A stretch of 64,000 nt of DNA from Bacteroidia bacterium 43-41 (GCA_001898165.1 MKTD01000003.1:58214-122213); one strand, 5' to 3'. Shown: positions 1-12,900, numbered from the stretch's first letter. Numbers and translations are program-made. Notes: generated by a model from the sequence alone, not told the origin.

Positions 1-396
1 ACAATCTTAACCCCTCATCCCAAGGAGCTTTCAAGACTTATTGGCGAGTGGAGCGAAGATTATGATAAAATATATAAAGTAAGAGCATTCGCAAAAGAAT
101 GTAACCTGATTATCGTTCTAAAAGGGGCTAACTCGCTGATTATAGATTCGGAGAATGTATATGTCAATAGTACCGGAACTCCGGCATTGGCGACGGCCGG
201 AAGCGGAGATGTGCTGACGGGAATTATTACGAGCTTGCTTGCACAAGGTTATGAACCGTTAAGTGCCGCTAAAGCGGGTGTTTTCATTCACGGATTGACG
301 GCAAACCTGTCGGCAACAAAGATTCACGCCCGAAGTTTTTTGGCCTCAGACATCATCGAAAATATCGGAAATGCATATTTTGAAATAGAGAAGTAA
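1..396 (+). CDS. nnrD: ADP-dependent NAD(P)H-hydrate dehydratase (C-terminal part; 5' end lies outside the window)
   Basis: Frame 1 is open from base 1: TILTPHPKELSRL...VLKG...NSTGTPALATAGSGDVLTGII...GVFIHG, the YjeF-C/NnrD motifs. Confidence 0.9.
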   Translation, partial: TILTPHPKELSRLIGEWSEDYDKIYKVRAFAKECNLIIVLKGANSLIIDSENVYVNSTGTPALATAGSGDVLTGIITSLLAQGYEPLSAAKAGVFIHGLTANLSATKIHARSFLASDIIENIGNAYFEIEK

Positions 397-420
397 TTTG
401 GAAAATTTATTCTCCATATA

Positions 421-452
421 TTTGGCAATTTCGTAAAAATAACGTACTTTTG
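421..452 (+). promoter_or_regulatory. Bacteroidota primary-sigma promoter for rplU-rpmA
   Basis: TTTG at 421-424 (-33 box) and TACTTTTG at 445-452 (-7 box, TAnnTTTG) with a 20-nt spacer. Confidence 0.7.
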
Positions 453-532
453 CACCTCGATTCGCTAATAGGCTCAATAAGTAGTTGCACAACGCAACTC
501 GCCTCAGGCATATAACGTATAAGTTATTTAAT

Positions 533-844
533 ATGTACGTAATTGTAGATATTCAGGGTCAGCAGTTTAAAGTGCAGCAAGACCAAAAATTATTTGTCCA
601 CAGGATCAATGCCGAACAGGGCAGCGAGGTGGAATTCGAAAAAGTGATGCTTATCGATAACGATGGCGATGTACAAGTGGGTGCTCCCGTCATTGAAGGC
701 GCTAAAGTGGTTGTAGAGGTTCTTTCGCATGTAAAAGGAGACAAAGTTCTCATTTTTAAGAAGAAAAGAAGAAAAGGTTACAGGAAATTGAACGGTCATC
801 GTCAACAGTTTTCCGAAGTAAGAGTCAAAGAAATTATTGCTTAA
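533..844 (+). CDS. rplU: 50S ribosomal protein bL21
   Basis: [14 protein letters not shown]...[17 protein letters not shown]; start moved to ATG 533. Confidence 0.97.
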   Translation: MYVIVDIQGQQFKVQQDQKLFVHRINAEQGSEVEFEKVMLIDNDGDVQVGAPVIEGAKVVVEVLSHVKGDKVLIFKKKRRKGYRKLNGHRQQFSEVRVKEIIA

Positions 845-864
845 TCAGTTAAAATCAGAAGAAA

Positions 865-1134
865 ATGGCACATAAGAAAGGTGTAGGTAGTTCGAAGAAC
901 GGCCGCGAATCGGAAAGTAAACGATTGGGCGTTAAAATATTCGGTGGAGAAATTACAAAGGCGGGCAACATTTTGGTTCGCCAGCGCGGAACAGTTCATC
1001 ACCCGGGAGAAAACGTAGGTATCGGTAAAGATCACACGCTTTTCGCGTTGATCGACGGTGTTGTGGTTTTCCGCAAACGTCACAACAACCGTTCGTTCGT
1101 ATCGGTTCTTCCGAAAGCGGAGGCAGGAGCGTAA
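865..1134 (+). CDS. rpmA: 50S ribosomal protein bL27
   Basis: [24 protein letters not shown]...RQRGT...GKDHTLFAL. Confidence 0.98.
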   Translation: MAHKKGVGSSKNGRESESKRLGVKIFGGEITKAGNILVRQRGTVHHPGENVGIGKDHTLFALIDGVVVFRKRHNNRSFVSVLPKAEAGA

Positions 1135-1197
1135 ACTTTTAGCCTGCTTGAAACAGGATACTTGATCCATAAAATAATAATTTTTTTAGTTGATAGG

Positions 1198-1232
1198 AAC
1201 AGCCTGCTATTTCGATAGTCAGGTTGTTTTTT
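1198..1232 (+). terminator. Rho-independent terminator after rpmA
   Basis: AACAGCCTGCTAT-TTCG-ATAGTCAGGTTGTT stem-loop followed by a T run. Confidence 0.75.
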
Positions 1233-1243
1233 ATTTCCACAAC

Positions 1244-2434
1244 ATGAAGCTGACTCAACAACAAAAAGATTTTATCCGCCAAAACGAACAGAGCGATGTC
1301 CGGAAGCTGGCATTAAAGCTCAATAAGGATAGATACCGGAGACCGGATGTTGAGTTTGTTTTGAAACAAATTTCGGGACGGCAAACAGCTAAAGAGAAAT
1401 TCCCGTGCTGCTATGCCCACGATGAGATCATTTATCCGGCGCATTTATCGCTGGAGCAGGCATCTTCCGAAGCCACCGCCAAATATAAGGCTTCATTAAT
1501 TCCTGGCGAAAATGGGGCCTTTGCAGATTTAACCGGTGGGATGGGGGTGGACTTTGCTTTTTTGTCGCAACGCTTTGTGCAATCGGTTTACGTGGAGCAG
1601 GATCCGGAACTTTGTGAGATAGCCGGGCATAATTTCGAAGTGTTGGGCTTGCGGGGCATTGAGGTGGAGAACTCGACGAGTGAAACTTTTTTAAAAAAAA
1701 TGCCTCCGGCAGACCTGATTTTTCTGGATCCGTCACGCAGGGACGATGTCGGGCGGAAAGTGATCCGGATTGAAGACTGTTCACCGGATGTATCGAAAAT
1801 ACAGGATATGTTGCTTGCCAAAGCAAAATTAGTTTTGATTAAATTTTCACCCATGCTCGATATTTCATTAGCGGTAAAAAGCCTGAGGAACGTGAGCGAA
1901 GTTCACATTGTTTCCGTAGAAAACGAGTGTAAGGAGTTGTTATTTTTGCTTTCTTTCAAAGCGGATGCTGTAGTCTATAATGCTGTTAATCTGAATAAAT
2001 GCGGCGATATTGAAAAGTTTTGCTTTACTCCGGAAGAAGAACTTGGCCTGGAAATCCCTTTTGCCAAAACTGTGGGGAGGTACCTTTACGAACCCAATGC
2101 TTCCATTCTTAAAGCGGGAGGTTTTAAAAGCGTTGCAAAGCAATTTGACATTCAAAAACTGCACATAAACAGCCATCTGTACACATCAGACAACCTGATC
2201 ACCGCTTTTCCGGGGCGCGTATTTGAGGTGAAGGGTTGGTTTACGCCCAACAAGAAAAACATAAAATCATTTCTTTCCAACACAAAAAAAGCGAACATCT
2301 CCGTTCGCAATTTTCCGATGCCTGTAGCCGTAATCCGTCAAAAAACCGGATTGAAAGAGGGTGGGGGTACCTATCTTTTTGCTACCACCGTTGCCGATGG
2401 AACAATGGTATGGGTGACAGGAGAGAGGTTATAA
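1244..2434 (+). CDS. Class I SAM-dependent methyltransferase with THUMP-like C-terminal domain
   Basis: [12 protein letters not shown]-binding motif, LDPSRR motif, [13 protein letters not shown]; start at ATG 1244. Confidence 0.8.
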   Translation: MKLTQQQKDFIRQNEQSDVRKLALKLNKDRYRRPDVEFVLKQISGRQTAKEKFPCCYAHDEIIYPAHLSLEQASSEATAKYKASLIPGENGAFADLTGGMGVDFAFLSQRFVQSVYVEQDPELCEIAGHNFEVLGLRGIEVENSTSETFLKKMPPADLIFLDPSRRDDVGRKVIRIEDCSPDVSKIQDMLLAKAKLVLIKFSPMLDISLAVKSLRNVSEVHIVSVENECKELLFLLSFKADAVVYNAVNLNKCGDIEKFCFTPEEELGLEIPFAKTVGRYLYEPNASILKAGGFKSVAKQFDIQKLHINSHLYTSDNLITAFPGRVFEVKGWFTPNKKNIKSFLSNTKKANISVRNFPMPVAVIRQKTGLKEGGGTYLFATTVADGTMVWVTGERL

Positions 2435-3253
2435 ATACTTCCCCAACATTTCCGCCATCTCCACCTGTAACTTTTTAGCTTCCTCGCCGGCAGTTTCCGC
2501 AAACGTTTCGGTACTGTCGGCATAAATGATCCCGCGCGAAGAGTTCACCAATAAACCACATTCATTATTCATTCCGTACCGGCAAACCTCTTCCAGCGAA
2601 CCGCCCTGTGCGCCTATGCCCGGGACAAGAAGGAAATGATCCGGAGCAAGCTTTCTCACATCTTCGAAAAGCTTCCCCTGTGTAGCGCCTACCACATACA
2701 TCATTTGGTCGGCTGATGCCCACGTTTGCGATCTGCGAAGCACTTTCTCAAACAAACGCTCACCGTCCCGATCCTGAATAAACTGAAAGTCGTATGAACC
2801 TCTATTGCTTGTAAGGGCAAGCAGGATAACCCATTTCCCATTATAATTGAGAAAAGGCGCGACGCTGTCTTCGCCCATATACGGTGCAACGGTGACGGCA
2901 TCCACCCTGGCGGTTTCAAAAAACGTGCGGGCATACATTTCACTCGTGTTTCCTATATCGCCCCGTTTGGCATCGGCGATCACAAATTGATCGGGATAAC
3001 GTTGCCTGATGTAGGCCACTGTTTTTTCGAAAGCCAGCCAACCCGCCAACCCCTGGCTTTCATAAAAAGCCAGGTTGGGTTTGTATGCCACGCAATAGGG
3101 AGCTGTTTTATCAACAATCTCTTTGTTAAAGGCGTAAATAGGATCATCTTTTTCCAGCAGGTGTTCCGGAATTTTCTTAATATCCGTATCCAGTCCCACA
3201 CAGAGAAAAGATTTCTTTTTTTTAATTTGGGCAAGAAGTTCTTGTTTGGTCAT
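2429..3253 (-). CDS. pyrF: Orotidine-5'-phosphate decarboxylase
   Basis: [37 protein letters not shown]. Confidence 0.96.
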   Translation of the reverse strand: MTKQELLAQIKKKKSFLCVGLDTDIKKIPEHLLEKDDPIYAFNKEIVDKTAPYCVAYKPNLAFYESQGLAGWLAFEKTVAYIRQRYPDQFVIADAKRGDIGNTSEMYARTFFETARVDAVTVAPYMGEDSVAPFLNYNGKWVILLALTSNRGSYDFQFIQDRDGERLFEKVLRRSQTWASADQMMYVVGATQGKLFEDVRKLAPDHFLLVPGIGAQGGSLEEVCRYGMNNECGLLVNSSRGIIYADSTETFAETAGEEAKKLQVEMAEMLGKYL

Positions 3254-3276
3254 AATGCCTGTTTTATTTTGAACGC

Positions 3277-4362
3277 TTAAATTTCGGCTTCCTTCATCCG
3301 TTCCGTGTTTTCACTTACGATAAGCTGATTGATGACATCCTGAATATCGCCGTCCATAAACGCGGAAAGGTTGTAAACGGTATAATTGATACGGTGGTCG
3401 GTAATGCGTCCCTGCGGATAGTTGTAGGTGCGGATCTTAGCCGAACGGTCGCCGGTGGAGACCATCGTTTTGCGTCTCGAAGCAATATCGCCCTGGCGTT
3501 TGGTAAGTTCAATATCATAAAGCTTGGTACGCAACATCTGCATGGCCAGCTCCCGATTCGCCAATTGCGAGCGCGCCTGCTGACAAACCACTACAATACC
3601 GCTTGGTTTATGGGTAAGCTGTACTTTTGTTTCCACCTTATTTACATTTTGCCCGCCGGCGCCACTGGAACGTGCTGTATGAAAATCGATATCGGCAGGG
3701 TTGATCTCCACATCAAACTCTTCTGCTTCGGGCAGTACGGCAACGGTTGCAGCCGATGTATGTACACGGCCTTGTGTTTCGGTTGCCGGAACACGTTGTA
3801 CCCGATGGACTCCCGACTCGTATTTCAATGTTCCGTAAACATTTTCGCCGCTAACCGTAAATATGATTTCCTTGAAGCCTCCCGCGCTACCTTCGGTATA
3901 ACTGGATACTTCGGTTTTCCAGCCTTTGCTTTCGCAATACCGGATATACATTTTGTATAAGTCCCCTGCAAAGATAGAGGCTTCATCACCTCCCGTCCCT
4001 CCACGAATTTCCATAATGACATTCTTTTCATCTTCGGGATCGGCAGGAATGAGCAAGAGCTTTATTTTTTCTTCCATTTCGGGAAGTTTTCCGGTGTTGG
4101 TGGAAAGTTCTTCGTTGGCAAGCGTACGCAAATCACTGTCCGACTCGGTATCCAGAATCATTTTGGCCTCTTCAATTGAGTCTAATGCTTGTTTGTACTC
4201 GTTTCGGGCCTCCACAATCTCTTCCAGGTCGCGGTATTCTTTGTTGAGTTTTACAAAACGCTTCATATCGCCAATGACCGTAGGGTCGGTAATCAACGTG
4301 CCTATTTCCTCGAAACGGGTTACCAAATGGTCGAGTTTATCTAATAATGAGTTTTCTGACAT
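3277..4362 (-). CDS. prfA: Peptide chain release factor 1
   Basis: GGQ motif ([11 protein letters not shown]), PAT anticodon-like motif in [10 protein letters not shown]; start at ATG 4362. Confidence 0.96.
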   Translation of the reverse strand: MSENSLLDKLDHLVTRFEEIGTLITDPTVIGDMKRFVKLNKEYRDLEEIVEARNEYKQALDSIEEAKMILDTESDSDLRTLANEELSTNTGKLPEMEEKIKLLLIPADPEDEKNVIMEIRGGTGGDEASIFAGDLYKMYIRYCESKGWKTEVSSYTEGSAGGFKEIIFTVSGENVYGTLKYESGVHRVQRVPATETQGRVHTSAATVAVLPEAEEFDVEINPADIDFHTARSSGAGGQNVNKVETKVQLTHKPSGIVVVCQQARSQLANRELAMQMLRTKLYDIELTKRQGDIASRRKTMVSTGDRSAKIRTYNYPQGRITDHRINYTVYNLSAFMDGDIQDVINQLIVSENTERMKEAEI

Positions 4363-4375
4363 GTTATGCCTAATT

Positions 4376-5551
4376 CTAAGGATAAACAAACTTTCCAAAT
4401 TCACTCTCAATCACTAATTTCCGTACATCTGATTTTTCCACACGCCCAACCACTTGTGCATCAACATTAAACGATCTGGAAATTTCAATCACACGCGAAG
4501 CGTAAGTTTCGGGCAGGTAAATCTCCATCCGGTGTCCCATATTAAAGACTTTATACATCTCTTTCCAGTTGGTATTTGATTGATCGTGAATAAGTTTGAA
4601 TAACGGTGGAATAGGGAAGAGGTTGTCTTTTGTAACGCGCAAACCTTCGTTAAGGAAGTGCATGATTTTTGTTTGTGCACCACCGGAACAGTGGACCATT
4701 CCGTGGATATTTCCACGTAATTCATTCAGCATTAGCGATATAATAGGGGAATAGGTGCGGGTAGGGGACAGAACCAGCTTCCCGGCATCAATTCCCAAGT
4801 TTTCGATTTGTTCGGTAAGCCTTACGTTGCCAGAATAGATTAAATCTGCCGGAATGGCGGCATCATAACTCTCGGGGTATCTCTGTGCCAGATAGTTGGC
4901 AAAAACATCGTGCCGGGCCGATGTTAAACCGTTGCTTCCCATTCCTCCGTTATATTCATGCTCGTATGTAGCTTGTCCCGATGAGGATAACCCGACAATA
5001 ACATCTCCGGACCGGATGTTGGCATTATCAATAACATCGGAGCGCCTCATGCGGCAAGTTACTGTGCTATCTACAATGATGGTCCTCACCAGATCACCCA
5101 CGTCGGCCGTTTCTCCGCCCGTAGGATAAATGTGTACGCCCAGCGACGAGAGTTCTTCGCAAAGTTCGTTTGTGGCGTTTATAATGGCTGAAATCACTTC
5201 ACCGGGAATCAGGTTCTTGTTGCGTCCAATGGTGGAAGAGAGCAATATGTTATCGGTAGCACCGACGCACAATAAATCGTCGATGTTCATGATTAGCGCG
5301 TCTTGCGCAATTCCTTTCCAAACGGAAATATCCCCGGTTTCGCGCCAATAAACGTATGCCAGCGACGATTTTGTCCCGGCACCGTCGGCATGCATTATAT
5401 TGCAAAAACCGGGATCGTCGCCAAGTATATCGGGAATTATTTTGCAGAATGCTTTCGGAAAAATTCCTTTGTCGATATTTTTTATGGCATCGTGCACATC
5501 TTCCTTTGAAGCAGAAACGCCGCGGAGATTGTATCGTTGAGAGGTTGTCAT
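4376..5551 (-). CDS. purM: Phosphoribosylformylglycinamidine cyclo-ligase (AIR synthase), Bacteroidota type
   Basis: [35 protein letters not shown]. Confidence 0.92.
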   Translation of the reverse strand: MTTSQRYNLRGVSASKEDVHDAIKNIDKGIFPKAFCKIIPDILGDDPGFCNIMHADGAGTKSSLAYVYWRETGDISVWKGIAQDALIMNIDDLLCVGATDNILLSSTIGRNKNLIPGEVISAIINATNELCEELSSLGVHIYPTGGETADVGDLVRTIIVDSTVTCRMRRSDVIDNANIRSGDVIVGLSSSGQATYEHEYNGGMGSNGLTSARHDVFANYLAQRYPESYDAAIPADLIYSGNVRLTEQIENLGIDAGKLVLSPTRTYSPIISLMLNELRGNIHGMVHCSGGAQTKIMHFLNEGLRVTKDNLFPIPPLFKLIHDQSNTNWKEMYKVFNMGHRMEIYLPETYASRVIEISRSFNVDAQVVGRVEKSDVRKLVIESEFGKFVYP

Positions 5552-5552
5552 A

Positions 5553-5580
5553 GCATAAAAAAATTCAAAACAGTTTCTAA
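5553..5580. repeat. Copy of dispersed MITE-like repeat (right end)
   Basis: GCATAAAAAAATTCAAAACAGTTTCTAA is identical to 18701-18728 and matches 18117-18144 at 26/28 positions. Confidence 0.85.
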
Positions 5581-5633
5581 CGCAAAAGTAATAAAAAACT
5601 ACGAATTCCCGGCATTAATTCAGATTGATCTAT

Positions 5634-5661
5634 TTTTCCTATAATTACTATTATGTTTAAT
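5634..5661 (+). other. dif: dif-like XerC/XerD chromosome dimer resolution site
   Basis: TTTTCCTATAA-TTACTA-TTATGTTTAAT has the 11-6-11 architecture; right arm is 10/11 to the E. coli XerD arm TTATGTTAAAT; left arm resembles B. subtilis ACTTCCTAGAA; intergenic. Confidence 0.8.
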
Positions 5662-5700
5662 CGTATTTTATCCATCTCCTGCTCAGCCTGCTTGTCCTAG

Positions 5701-5735
5701 AAAAGAAAAGTGGCGCCGGTATTCCGACACCACTT
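5701..5735 (-). terminator. Rho-independent terminator after the TPR gene
   Basis: Minus strand AAGTGGTGTCGG-AATA-CCGGCGCCACTT (12-bp stem with two G-U pairs) followed by TTCTTTT. Confidence 0.8.
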
Positions 5736-5759
5736 CATGTTACGTTAAGTTTTATCAGG

Positions 5760-7040
5760 TTACAATCCCAATTCTGTTTCCACTTCCTTCAGTTGTGCAG
5801 ATTTGTCAACACCCATCATGCTTAAGTTGTAATACACGTTTCTGAGTTTCATCAAAGCTGCCTCTATTTCCGTTTTATCAGCTGATCTGTCTTTCAATGA
5901 TTTTGTGAATTTTTCCAAGTGCGGCAATGCCTTTTGATAAAATTCAATTGTTTTTTTGTCATTTTCCAGCTGCAACTTGCGATCTGTCATAGTAGCTGTT
6001 TTTTCTTTTAAATCCTGTGCTTGAAGAATAAAGTTCACGGCAAGCGCTTCAAGAGCCCTTTCACAATTTGGATTTTGAATTAACGCCTTGTTATATTCTT
6101 CTTCAGCTGCTGCATAATCTCCTTTTTCGGCTAGCAATGCACCTTTAACGCTGTTTAAATCACAAGCGTTGGATGGATCATTCTTGATGGCCTCATCCAG
6201 ATATTCCATTGCTTTTTTATTATCTCCCTGATGGATAAAAACGTTTACCAGGTTAGGAATGAAATACTTGCTTTCCGGAAATTTTTCAGCACCTGCATAA
6301 AGAGTTTCCAGGTATTTAGCTGAATCGCCTTGTTGAATATATTCACTGGCAATTAATTCGTAAATATCGCTCTCTTTGTAAGCGCTATTCGCAACAAATG
6401 GTTCTTTAGATGCCCTTTCCAGCATAGCCAATGCCCTTTTGTGGTCTTGTGCCTGGATAGCCGTGATAATGGCATAATATTTAATGGTTTGGAAAGTACT
6501 GTCTATCACAAAAGCGTCTTTCTGCCCGGCAAACATCGGTAATGACGGAATGTCCCAATATATCTGGAAGAAATCGGAAGCTTTGGAATATTGTTGTTTT
6601 TCATTGAAGAAAATGCCGCCGTTAATATAGAAAGGATGGTTGGCTTTTAAAATTCCGGCGATATCTTTTCTGAACTTATTTTTTACTTTTCCTTTTTCAT
6701 CCGGTAATTCACCTAGGGAATCGGCTTTCAGGTACGGTGCGTAAGAATCCAGCAATCCGTTGTACATTGCTTCCTGATTAGCTTGTTTTCCAAGCATTTC
6801 ATTCGTTCTTTCGTTATCGAATGCCTTGTTGCCGATATCTCCAAAGATTTTCCAGGTTTCCGGGTCGTTGGCGGTTTCGGCATTCGTAGTGGCTTGTTTT
6901 ATCAAGGTGCGAGCTTCATTCAGGTCGTTGCTTCCCAAAGATCTCTTGGCGTCTCTTAGAGCCGATTTTTGTGCAAACAGGGGGCTTGCAGCAAAAACAG
7001 CCAACGCTGTAAAGAAAAATAATTTTTTCATTTCATTCAT
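5760..7040 (-). CDS. Secreted tetratricopeptide repeat protein
   Basis: Signal peptide (MKKLFFFTALAVFAASPLFAQ), helical TPR-like repeats (A...Y.KAL...P). Confidence 0.8.
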   Translation of the reverse strand: MNEMKKLFFFTALAVFAASPLFAQKSALRDAKRSLGSNDLNEARTLIKQATTNAETANDPETWKIFGDIGNKAFDNERTNEMLGKQANQEAMYNGLLDSYAPYLKADSLGELPDEKGKVKNKFRKDIAGILKANHPFYINGGIFFNEKQQYSKASDFFQIYWDIPSLPMFAGQKDAFVIDSTFQTIKYYAIITAIQAQDHKRALAMLERASKEPFVANSAYKESDIYELIASEYIQQGDSAKYLETLYAGAEKFPESKYFIPNLVNVFIHQGDNKKAMEYLDEAIKNDPSNACDLNSVKGALLAEKGDYAAAEEEYNKALIQNPNCERALEALAVNFILQAQDLKEKTATMTDRKLQLENDKKTIEFYQKALPHLEKFTKSLKDRSADKTEIEAALMKLRNVYYNLSMMGVDKSAQLKEVETELGL

Positions 7041-7134
7041 CGTTTTAAGTTAAATACTGTCCTTTTCTTATTTGTTTGAAATTTCTATTGATTTATTTGA
7101 CTGCAAAATTACAAAAAGTTTAAAATATATGCAC

Positions 7135-9681
7135 TTATTCGTCAGTTTCCTCCGTTATATTTTCCTCTTCATCGATATCTTCAGGTAAAACAATTTCCAC
7201 ATCATCTATCTCTTCCTCTGAATTTACTTTACATACCGAAGCAATTTCATCGTTTCGTTTTTCCAGATTTATGAGCCGGACTCCCTGAGTTGCACGTCCC
7301 ATCGTGCGAATATCGGAAATTTTTACACGTATTGTTATGCCTGATTTGTTAATAATCATTAAATCGTTGTCGTCCGTCACACTTTTTATCGCAACAAGTT
7401 TTCCTGTTTTCTCCGTAATGTTCAGTGTCTTAACACCTTTTCCTCCTCTATATGTAATTCTGTAAACCGGTTCACCATCTTCGTCGTTAAGCATTGTTCG
7501 CTTTCCGTATCCTTGTTCCGATACTACCAATATGGTATCTTTTGAGTCGGAATCCATACAGATCATGCCAATTACATAATCTTCCCCGTCTTCGTCCAAC
7601 GTCATGCCTTTTACTCCGGTTGCGGTACGGCCCATAGGACGGACATCCTCCTCGTTGAAACGGATGGCACGGCCGTTCCGGTTTGCCATGATGATGTCTT
7701 TTTTACCGTTGGTTAATCTTACGGCGATTACCTGATCGTCTTCCCTTAATCCTATGGCAATGACACCGTTCTGACGCGGGCGCGAATAAGCTTCCAATAA
7801 TGTTTTCTTGATAACTCCCGATTTTGTTCCAAAAATCAGGTAATTGGAGTTGATGTACTCTTCGTCATCCAACGTGAGCACCCTCACAAAGGCGGTGATG
7901 CTGTCGTCCGAATCGATGTTCAGCAGATTTTGGATAGCCCTTCCTTTTGATGTTTTTGTGCCTTCGGGAATTTCATATACCTTTAACCAGTAACATTTGC
8001 CTTTTTGAGTAAAGAAAAGCATATAGTTGTGGTTGGTAGCGGGATAGATGTATTCTACGAAATCCTCGTCTCTTGTTTGTGAGCCTTTAGCCCCTACTCC
8101 GCCCCTGTTCTGCGTACGGAACTCTGTTAACGGGGTACGTTTGATGTAGCCGAAATGCGAAATGGTAATGATCATTTCATCGTCGGAATAAAAATCCTCG
8201 GGGTTCATTTCTTCCGAAGCAAAAACAATTTCAGAACGGCGTTTATCGCCGAATTTATCGCGAACTTCAATCAACTCGTCTTTAATGATCTGCATGCGAA
8301 GTTCTTCGTTATTCAAAATATCGTTTAAATGAGCTATCAACCGTTGAATTTCTTCGAACTCGGCATGAAGTTTATCCTGTTCAAGTCCGGTAAGTTGCCT
8401 TAACCGCATCTCTACAATGGCACGTGACTGAATATCGGACAACTCAAAGCGCTCCATTAACCGTTGAATGGCTTCTTGCGGCGTGCTCGAACTACGGATA
8501 ATAGCAATTACCTCGTCAATATTATCAGACGCAATGATCAGGCCCTGCAGTATATGTGCCCGTTCTTCCGCTTTGCGAAGTTCGTATTTTGTACGCCGCA
8601 CAACCACTTCGTGGCGGTGTTCGACGAACAGTTCAATCATTTGCTTGAGGTTAAGCAATTCGGGACGGCCTTTTACCAACGCAATGTTATTCACGCTGAA
8701 TGATGACTGCATGGCCGTTAACTTATACAGCTTGTTCAGGACCACGTTGGCGTTGGCGTCGCGTTTAACATCCACCACAATACGCATTCCCTGACGGTCT
8801 GACTCATCGTTGACGTTAGAAATCCCTTCAATTTTTTTATCACCGACCAGGTCGGCAATATGCTTGATCAATTCCGCTTTGTTTACTAAATAAGGGATCT
8901 CCGAAATGATTATTTTATCGTGGTTTTTTCCCGATTCAATTTCAGCTTTTCCACGCATCACAATGCGTCCCCTACCCGTTTCAAAAGCGTCTATAACGCC
9001 CTTATAACCATAAATATAACCACCTGTGGGGAAGTCGGGCGCCTTGATGTAGTGCATCAACCCCTCTATATCTATCTCTTTGTCATCGATATAAGCTACA
9101 ATTCCGTTAATTACTTCCGTTAAATTATGCGGAGCCATATTGGTGGCCATCCCCACCGCAATACCGGCTGCGCCGTTGATGATCAGGTTGGGTATCCGCG
9201 TTGGCAAAACGGTCGGTTCCTGAAGGGTATCGTCGAAATTGAGTTGGAAATCTACCGTTTCTTTATCGATATCGCGAAGCATTTCTTCGGCAAGCTTGTT
9301 CAACCTTGCCTCGGTGTAACGCATGGCCGCGGGGCTGTCGCCGTCAACACTTCCCATGTTTCCCTGACCGTCCACCAGCGTGTAGCGCATGCTCCATTCC
9401 TGAGCCAGGCGCACCATGGCATTGTAAACCGATGAGTCGCCATGTGGATGGTACTTCCCGAGTACTTCCCCTACGATCCTCGCCGATTTCTTGTGTGGCT
9501 TGTCCGACGTATTCCCTAATTCGGACATCCCGAAAAGAATACGCCTGTGCACGGGTTTAAAACCATCACGCACATCAGGTAATGCACGTGATACGATAAC
9601 GGACATCGAATAATCGATGTAGGCCGACTTCATTTCATCTTCGATGTTGATCTTAATGACTCTGTCTTCTTGGTCAATCAT
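7135..9681 (-). CDS. gyrA: DNA gyrase subunit A
   Basis: [10 protein letters not shown], catalytic [10 protein letters not shown], GyrA-box QNRGGVG, C-terminal pinwheel repeats and acidic tail. Confidence 0.97.
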   Translation of the reverse strand: MIDQEDRVIKINIEDEMKSAYIDYSMSVIVSRALPDVRDGFKPVHRRILFGMSELGNTSDKPHKKSARIVGEVLGKYHPHGDSSVYNAMVRLAQEWSMRYTLVDGQGNMGSVDGDSPAAMRYTEARLNKLAEEMLRDIDKETVDFQLNFDDTLQEPTVLPTRIPNLIINGAAGIAVGMATNMAPHNLTEVINGIVAYIDDKEIDIEGLMHYIKAPDFPTGGYIYGYKGVIDAFETGRGRIVMRGKAEIESGKNHDKIIISEIPYLVNKAELIKHIADLVGDKKIEGISNVNDESDRQGMRIVVDVKRDANANVVLNKLYKLTAMQSSFSVNNIALVKGRPELLNLKQMIELFVEHRHEVVVRRTKYELRKAEERAHILQGLIIASDNIDEVIAIIRSSSTPQEAIQRLMERFELSDIQSRAIVEMRLRQLTGLEQDKLHAEFEEIQRLIAHLNDILNNEELRMQIIKDELIEVRDKFGDKRRSEIVFASEEMNPEDFYSDDEMIITISHFGYIKRTPLTEFRTQNRGGVGAKGSQTRDEDFVEYIYPATNHNYMLFFTQKGKCYWLKVYEIPEGTKTSKGRAIQNLLNIDSDDSITAFVRVLTLDDEEYINSNYLIFGTKSGVIKKTLLEAYSRPRQNGVIAIGLREDDQVIAVRLTNGKKDIIMANRNGRAIRFNEEDVRPMGRTATGVKGMTLDEDGEDYVIGMICMDSDSKDTILVVSEQGYGKRTMLNDEDGEPVYRITYRGGKGVKTLNITEKTGKLVAIKSVTDDNDLMIINKSGITIRVKISDIRTMGRATQGVRLINLEKRNDEIASVCKVNSEEEIDDVEIVLPEDIDEEENITEETDE

Positions 9682-9882
9682 ACTAAAATATAATTTTTCT
9701 CTTTAGATATATCTTATACTATGCTGAAAAACAGAATAATAGATACATCCTTTACATCTTTTTAAATAACGTACTAAGGTAAGGATTTTTCACTGTTTAA
9801 CAAAAGAATTTCAGTCAAAAATCAGTTGCCCCGGCTTCCAATTAATGTTTTTTATTGTTTGTTCCTGAAGGCGTTTTCAAAC

Positions 9883-9928
9883 AAAAAAACAACCCGAAGT
9901 AAACTCAACTTTCTTCGGGTTATTTTTT
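9883..9928 (-). terminator. Rho-independent terminator after secA (possibly bidirectional)
   Basis: AACCCGAAG (9891-9899) / CTTCGGGTT (9913-9921) flanked by A and T runs. Confidence 0.75.
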
Positions 9929-9954
9929 ACTCTATTGAGAAACTGTTTCTAACA

Positions 9955-12900
9955 TTAAGCGCCTTGTCCGTGGCAATTTTTGTATTTTTTGCCGCTTCCG
10001 CAAGGACATGGATCGTTCCGTCCCACTTTCTTCTCCACACGAACGGGTTCTAATTTCCGTTGTTCAGGCTCTCTTGGTGAGCCGTTGTGAGCGGCCCTGC
10101 TTTCCACTTCGTCTTTTTGAGTGCGGTATTTGCTGTAGTCGGTTTTCTGCTCGGGTGCAGCCTGGCGAACATTTCTCGGATCCTGGACAGGGATCTGTCC
10201 GCGCATCAGAATAGAAACTGCTTTTGAGTTGACATCGTTGACCATTATTTTAAAAAGGCTGAACGATTCGAGCTTGTAGATCAATAGCGGATCTTTTTGT
10301 TCGTAGCTGGCGTTTTGAACCGAATTGCGCAATTCATCCATCTCCCGGAGATGTTCTTTCCAATCTTCGTCGATAGTGTGAAGTAAAATTGATTTTTCAA
10401 ACGATTTAACCAGTGCTTTCGATCCCGATTCGTACGCCTCTTTCAGGTTAGTGGCAATGTTATATACTCTTTTCCCGTCGGAGATGGGGATAAGAATATT
10501 TTCATACATGGCGCCCTGTTTTTCATACACGTCTTTGATAACCGGTTGGGCAATTTCCGCCAATCGGTCGGTCTTGCGTTTGAATTCCGAGATAGCCTTT
10601 TCAACTACTTTCTCAACCAGCGTGTTGGGTTTCATATCCTTCATCTCTTCTTCGGAGAATGGAATTTCAACTGCCATCACACGGAAAAGGTCGAGTTTCA
10701 TGTTTTCGTAATCGTCCTCGTTGGCTTCCACTACATTTTTAGCCGTTTCCGTTATCATGTTGGCAACGTCGATTTCTATACGGTCTCCCATCAATGCGTG
10801 GCGACGACGTTTATAAATGACTTCACGCTGGGAGTTCATCACATCGTCGTATTCCAACAAACGTTTACGAATACCGAAGTTGTTCTCTTCCACCTTTTTC
10901 TGTGCACGTTCTACCGATTTGTTCAGCATATCGTGTTCGAGCATATCGCCTTCCTTGAAACCCATCCGGTCCATAAGCCCGGCAATCCTTTCGGTGGCAA
11001 ACAAACGCATCAGGTCATCTTCGAGCGACACGAAAAAAACCGATGATCCCGGGTCTCCCTGACGACCGGCACGGCCACGCAGCTGACGGTCAACACGGCG
11101 GCTTTCGTGCCGTTCCGTGCCTATAATGGCCAAACCTCCGGCATTTCTCACCTCCGGTGTTAATTTAATATCCGTTCCACGGCCGGCCATATTGGTGGCA
11201 ATGGTTACCATCTCCCGTTGTCCGGCGTTGGCTACAATTTCTGCTTCGCGCTGGTGCAGCTTGGCATTCAACACATTGTGTTTTATTTTGCGAAGCGTAA
11301 GCATCCTGCTCAACAATTCGGAGATTTCCACCGAAGTTGTTCCCACCAGGACGGGGCGGCCTTTTGCAATGGTATTTTCTATTTCGTCGATAACCGCTGT
11401 GTATTTTTCCCGTTTGGTTTTATAAATACGGTCGTTCATATCGTTGCGGACAATTGGCCGGTTGGTGGGGATCACCACCACGTCTAATTTGTAAATGTCC
11501 CAGAATTCACCTGCTTCGGTTTCGGCTGTTCCGGTCATACCCGCCAGCTTGTTGTACATTCTAAAGTAGTTCTGCAAGGTGATGGTGGCGAAAGTTTGCG
11601 TGGCAGCTTCTACTTTTACACGTTCTTTAGCTTCGATAGCCTGGTGTAAGCCGTCGGAATAACGGCGCCCTTCCATGATACGGCCTGTCTGTTCATCAAC
11701 AATTTTTACTTTGTTGTCGATAACCACATATTCATCGTCCCTATCAAACAGCGTGTATGCCTTAAGAAGCTGGTTTATAGTATGTACCCGCTCAGATTTT
11801 ATCGCAAAATTTTGTAGGAGTTCATCTTTTTTTATTGCCTTCTCTTCGTCGGACAACGACAGGTTCTCGAGCTCGGCAAGTTGTGATGCAATGTCCGGCA
11901 ACACGAAAAAATACGGGTCGTCCGATTTTCCGGTCAGCAAGTCGATGCCTTTATCGGTCAGCTCAATACTGTTCTGTTTCTCGTCAATCACAAAATACAA
12001 CGGATCGGTAGCGATGTGCATGTTGCGCGACTGTTCCTGCATATAGAATTCTTCGGTTTTCAGCATGGCAGCCTTCACCCCCTGCTCACTTAAAAACTTG
12101 ATAAGCGGTTTATATTTAGGCATACCTTTATAGGAACGGAAAAGCAGCAAGGCCCCTTCCTCCTGTTCCTTTTTATCCTCCGAAGCCATTTTGGCTTTTG
12201 CATCAGCAAGCAGCCGGGTAGTAAAATCGCGTTGGGCTTTAACCACTTGTTCCACCCGCGGACGGAAGAGATCAAACAATTGATCATCGCCTTTCGGAAT
12301 GGGTCCCGATATAATCAACGGCGTGCGCGCATCATCAATTAATACGGAGTCAACCTCGTCCACAATGGCATAATTATGTATTCGTTGAACCAGGTCTCTT
12401 GGTGAAACGGCCATATTGTCGCGAAGGTAATCAAAGCCGAATTCGTTATTCGTACCAAAAGTGATATCTGCTTCATAAGCCTTGCGGCGGGCGTCGGAGT
12501 TAGGTTCGTGTTTATCGATACAATCTACGGAGAGCCCGTGGAACATATAAATCGGCCCCATCCATTCCGAGTCACGTTTCGACAAGTAATCGTTCACCGT
12601 TACCACGTGAACACCCCTGTGCGTAAGGGCATTAAGGAATACCGGCAGGGTTGCCACCAGTGTTTTTCCTTCACCCGTTGCCATTTCGGCAATTTTACCC
12701 TGGTGCAGCACCACGCCTCCAAACAATTGCACATCGTAGTGCACCATGTCCCAGGTTATCTCGTTGCCCCCGGCAATCCAGTGATTTTGATAGACAGCCT
12801 TATCGCCTTCGATATGTACAAAGTCGTGCTTGGCCGCTAAATCGCGGTCGAAATCGGTAGCCGTAACCACAATTTCAGCGTTATCATTAAATCTTTTAGC

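Noticed and set aside
9420..9450. Quinolone-resistance substitution in the GyrA QRDR (HGDSSVYN)
   Set aside because: The Ser83-equivalent is retained; a non-acidic residue at the 87-equivalent is usual in Bacteroidales
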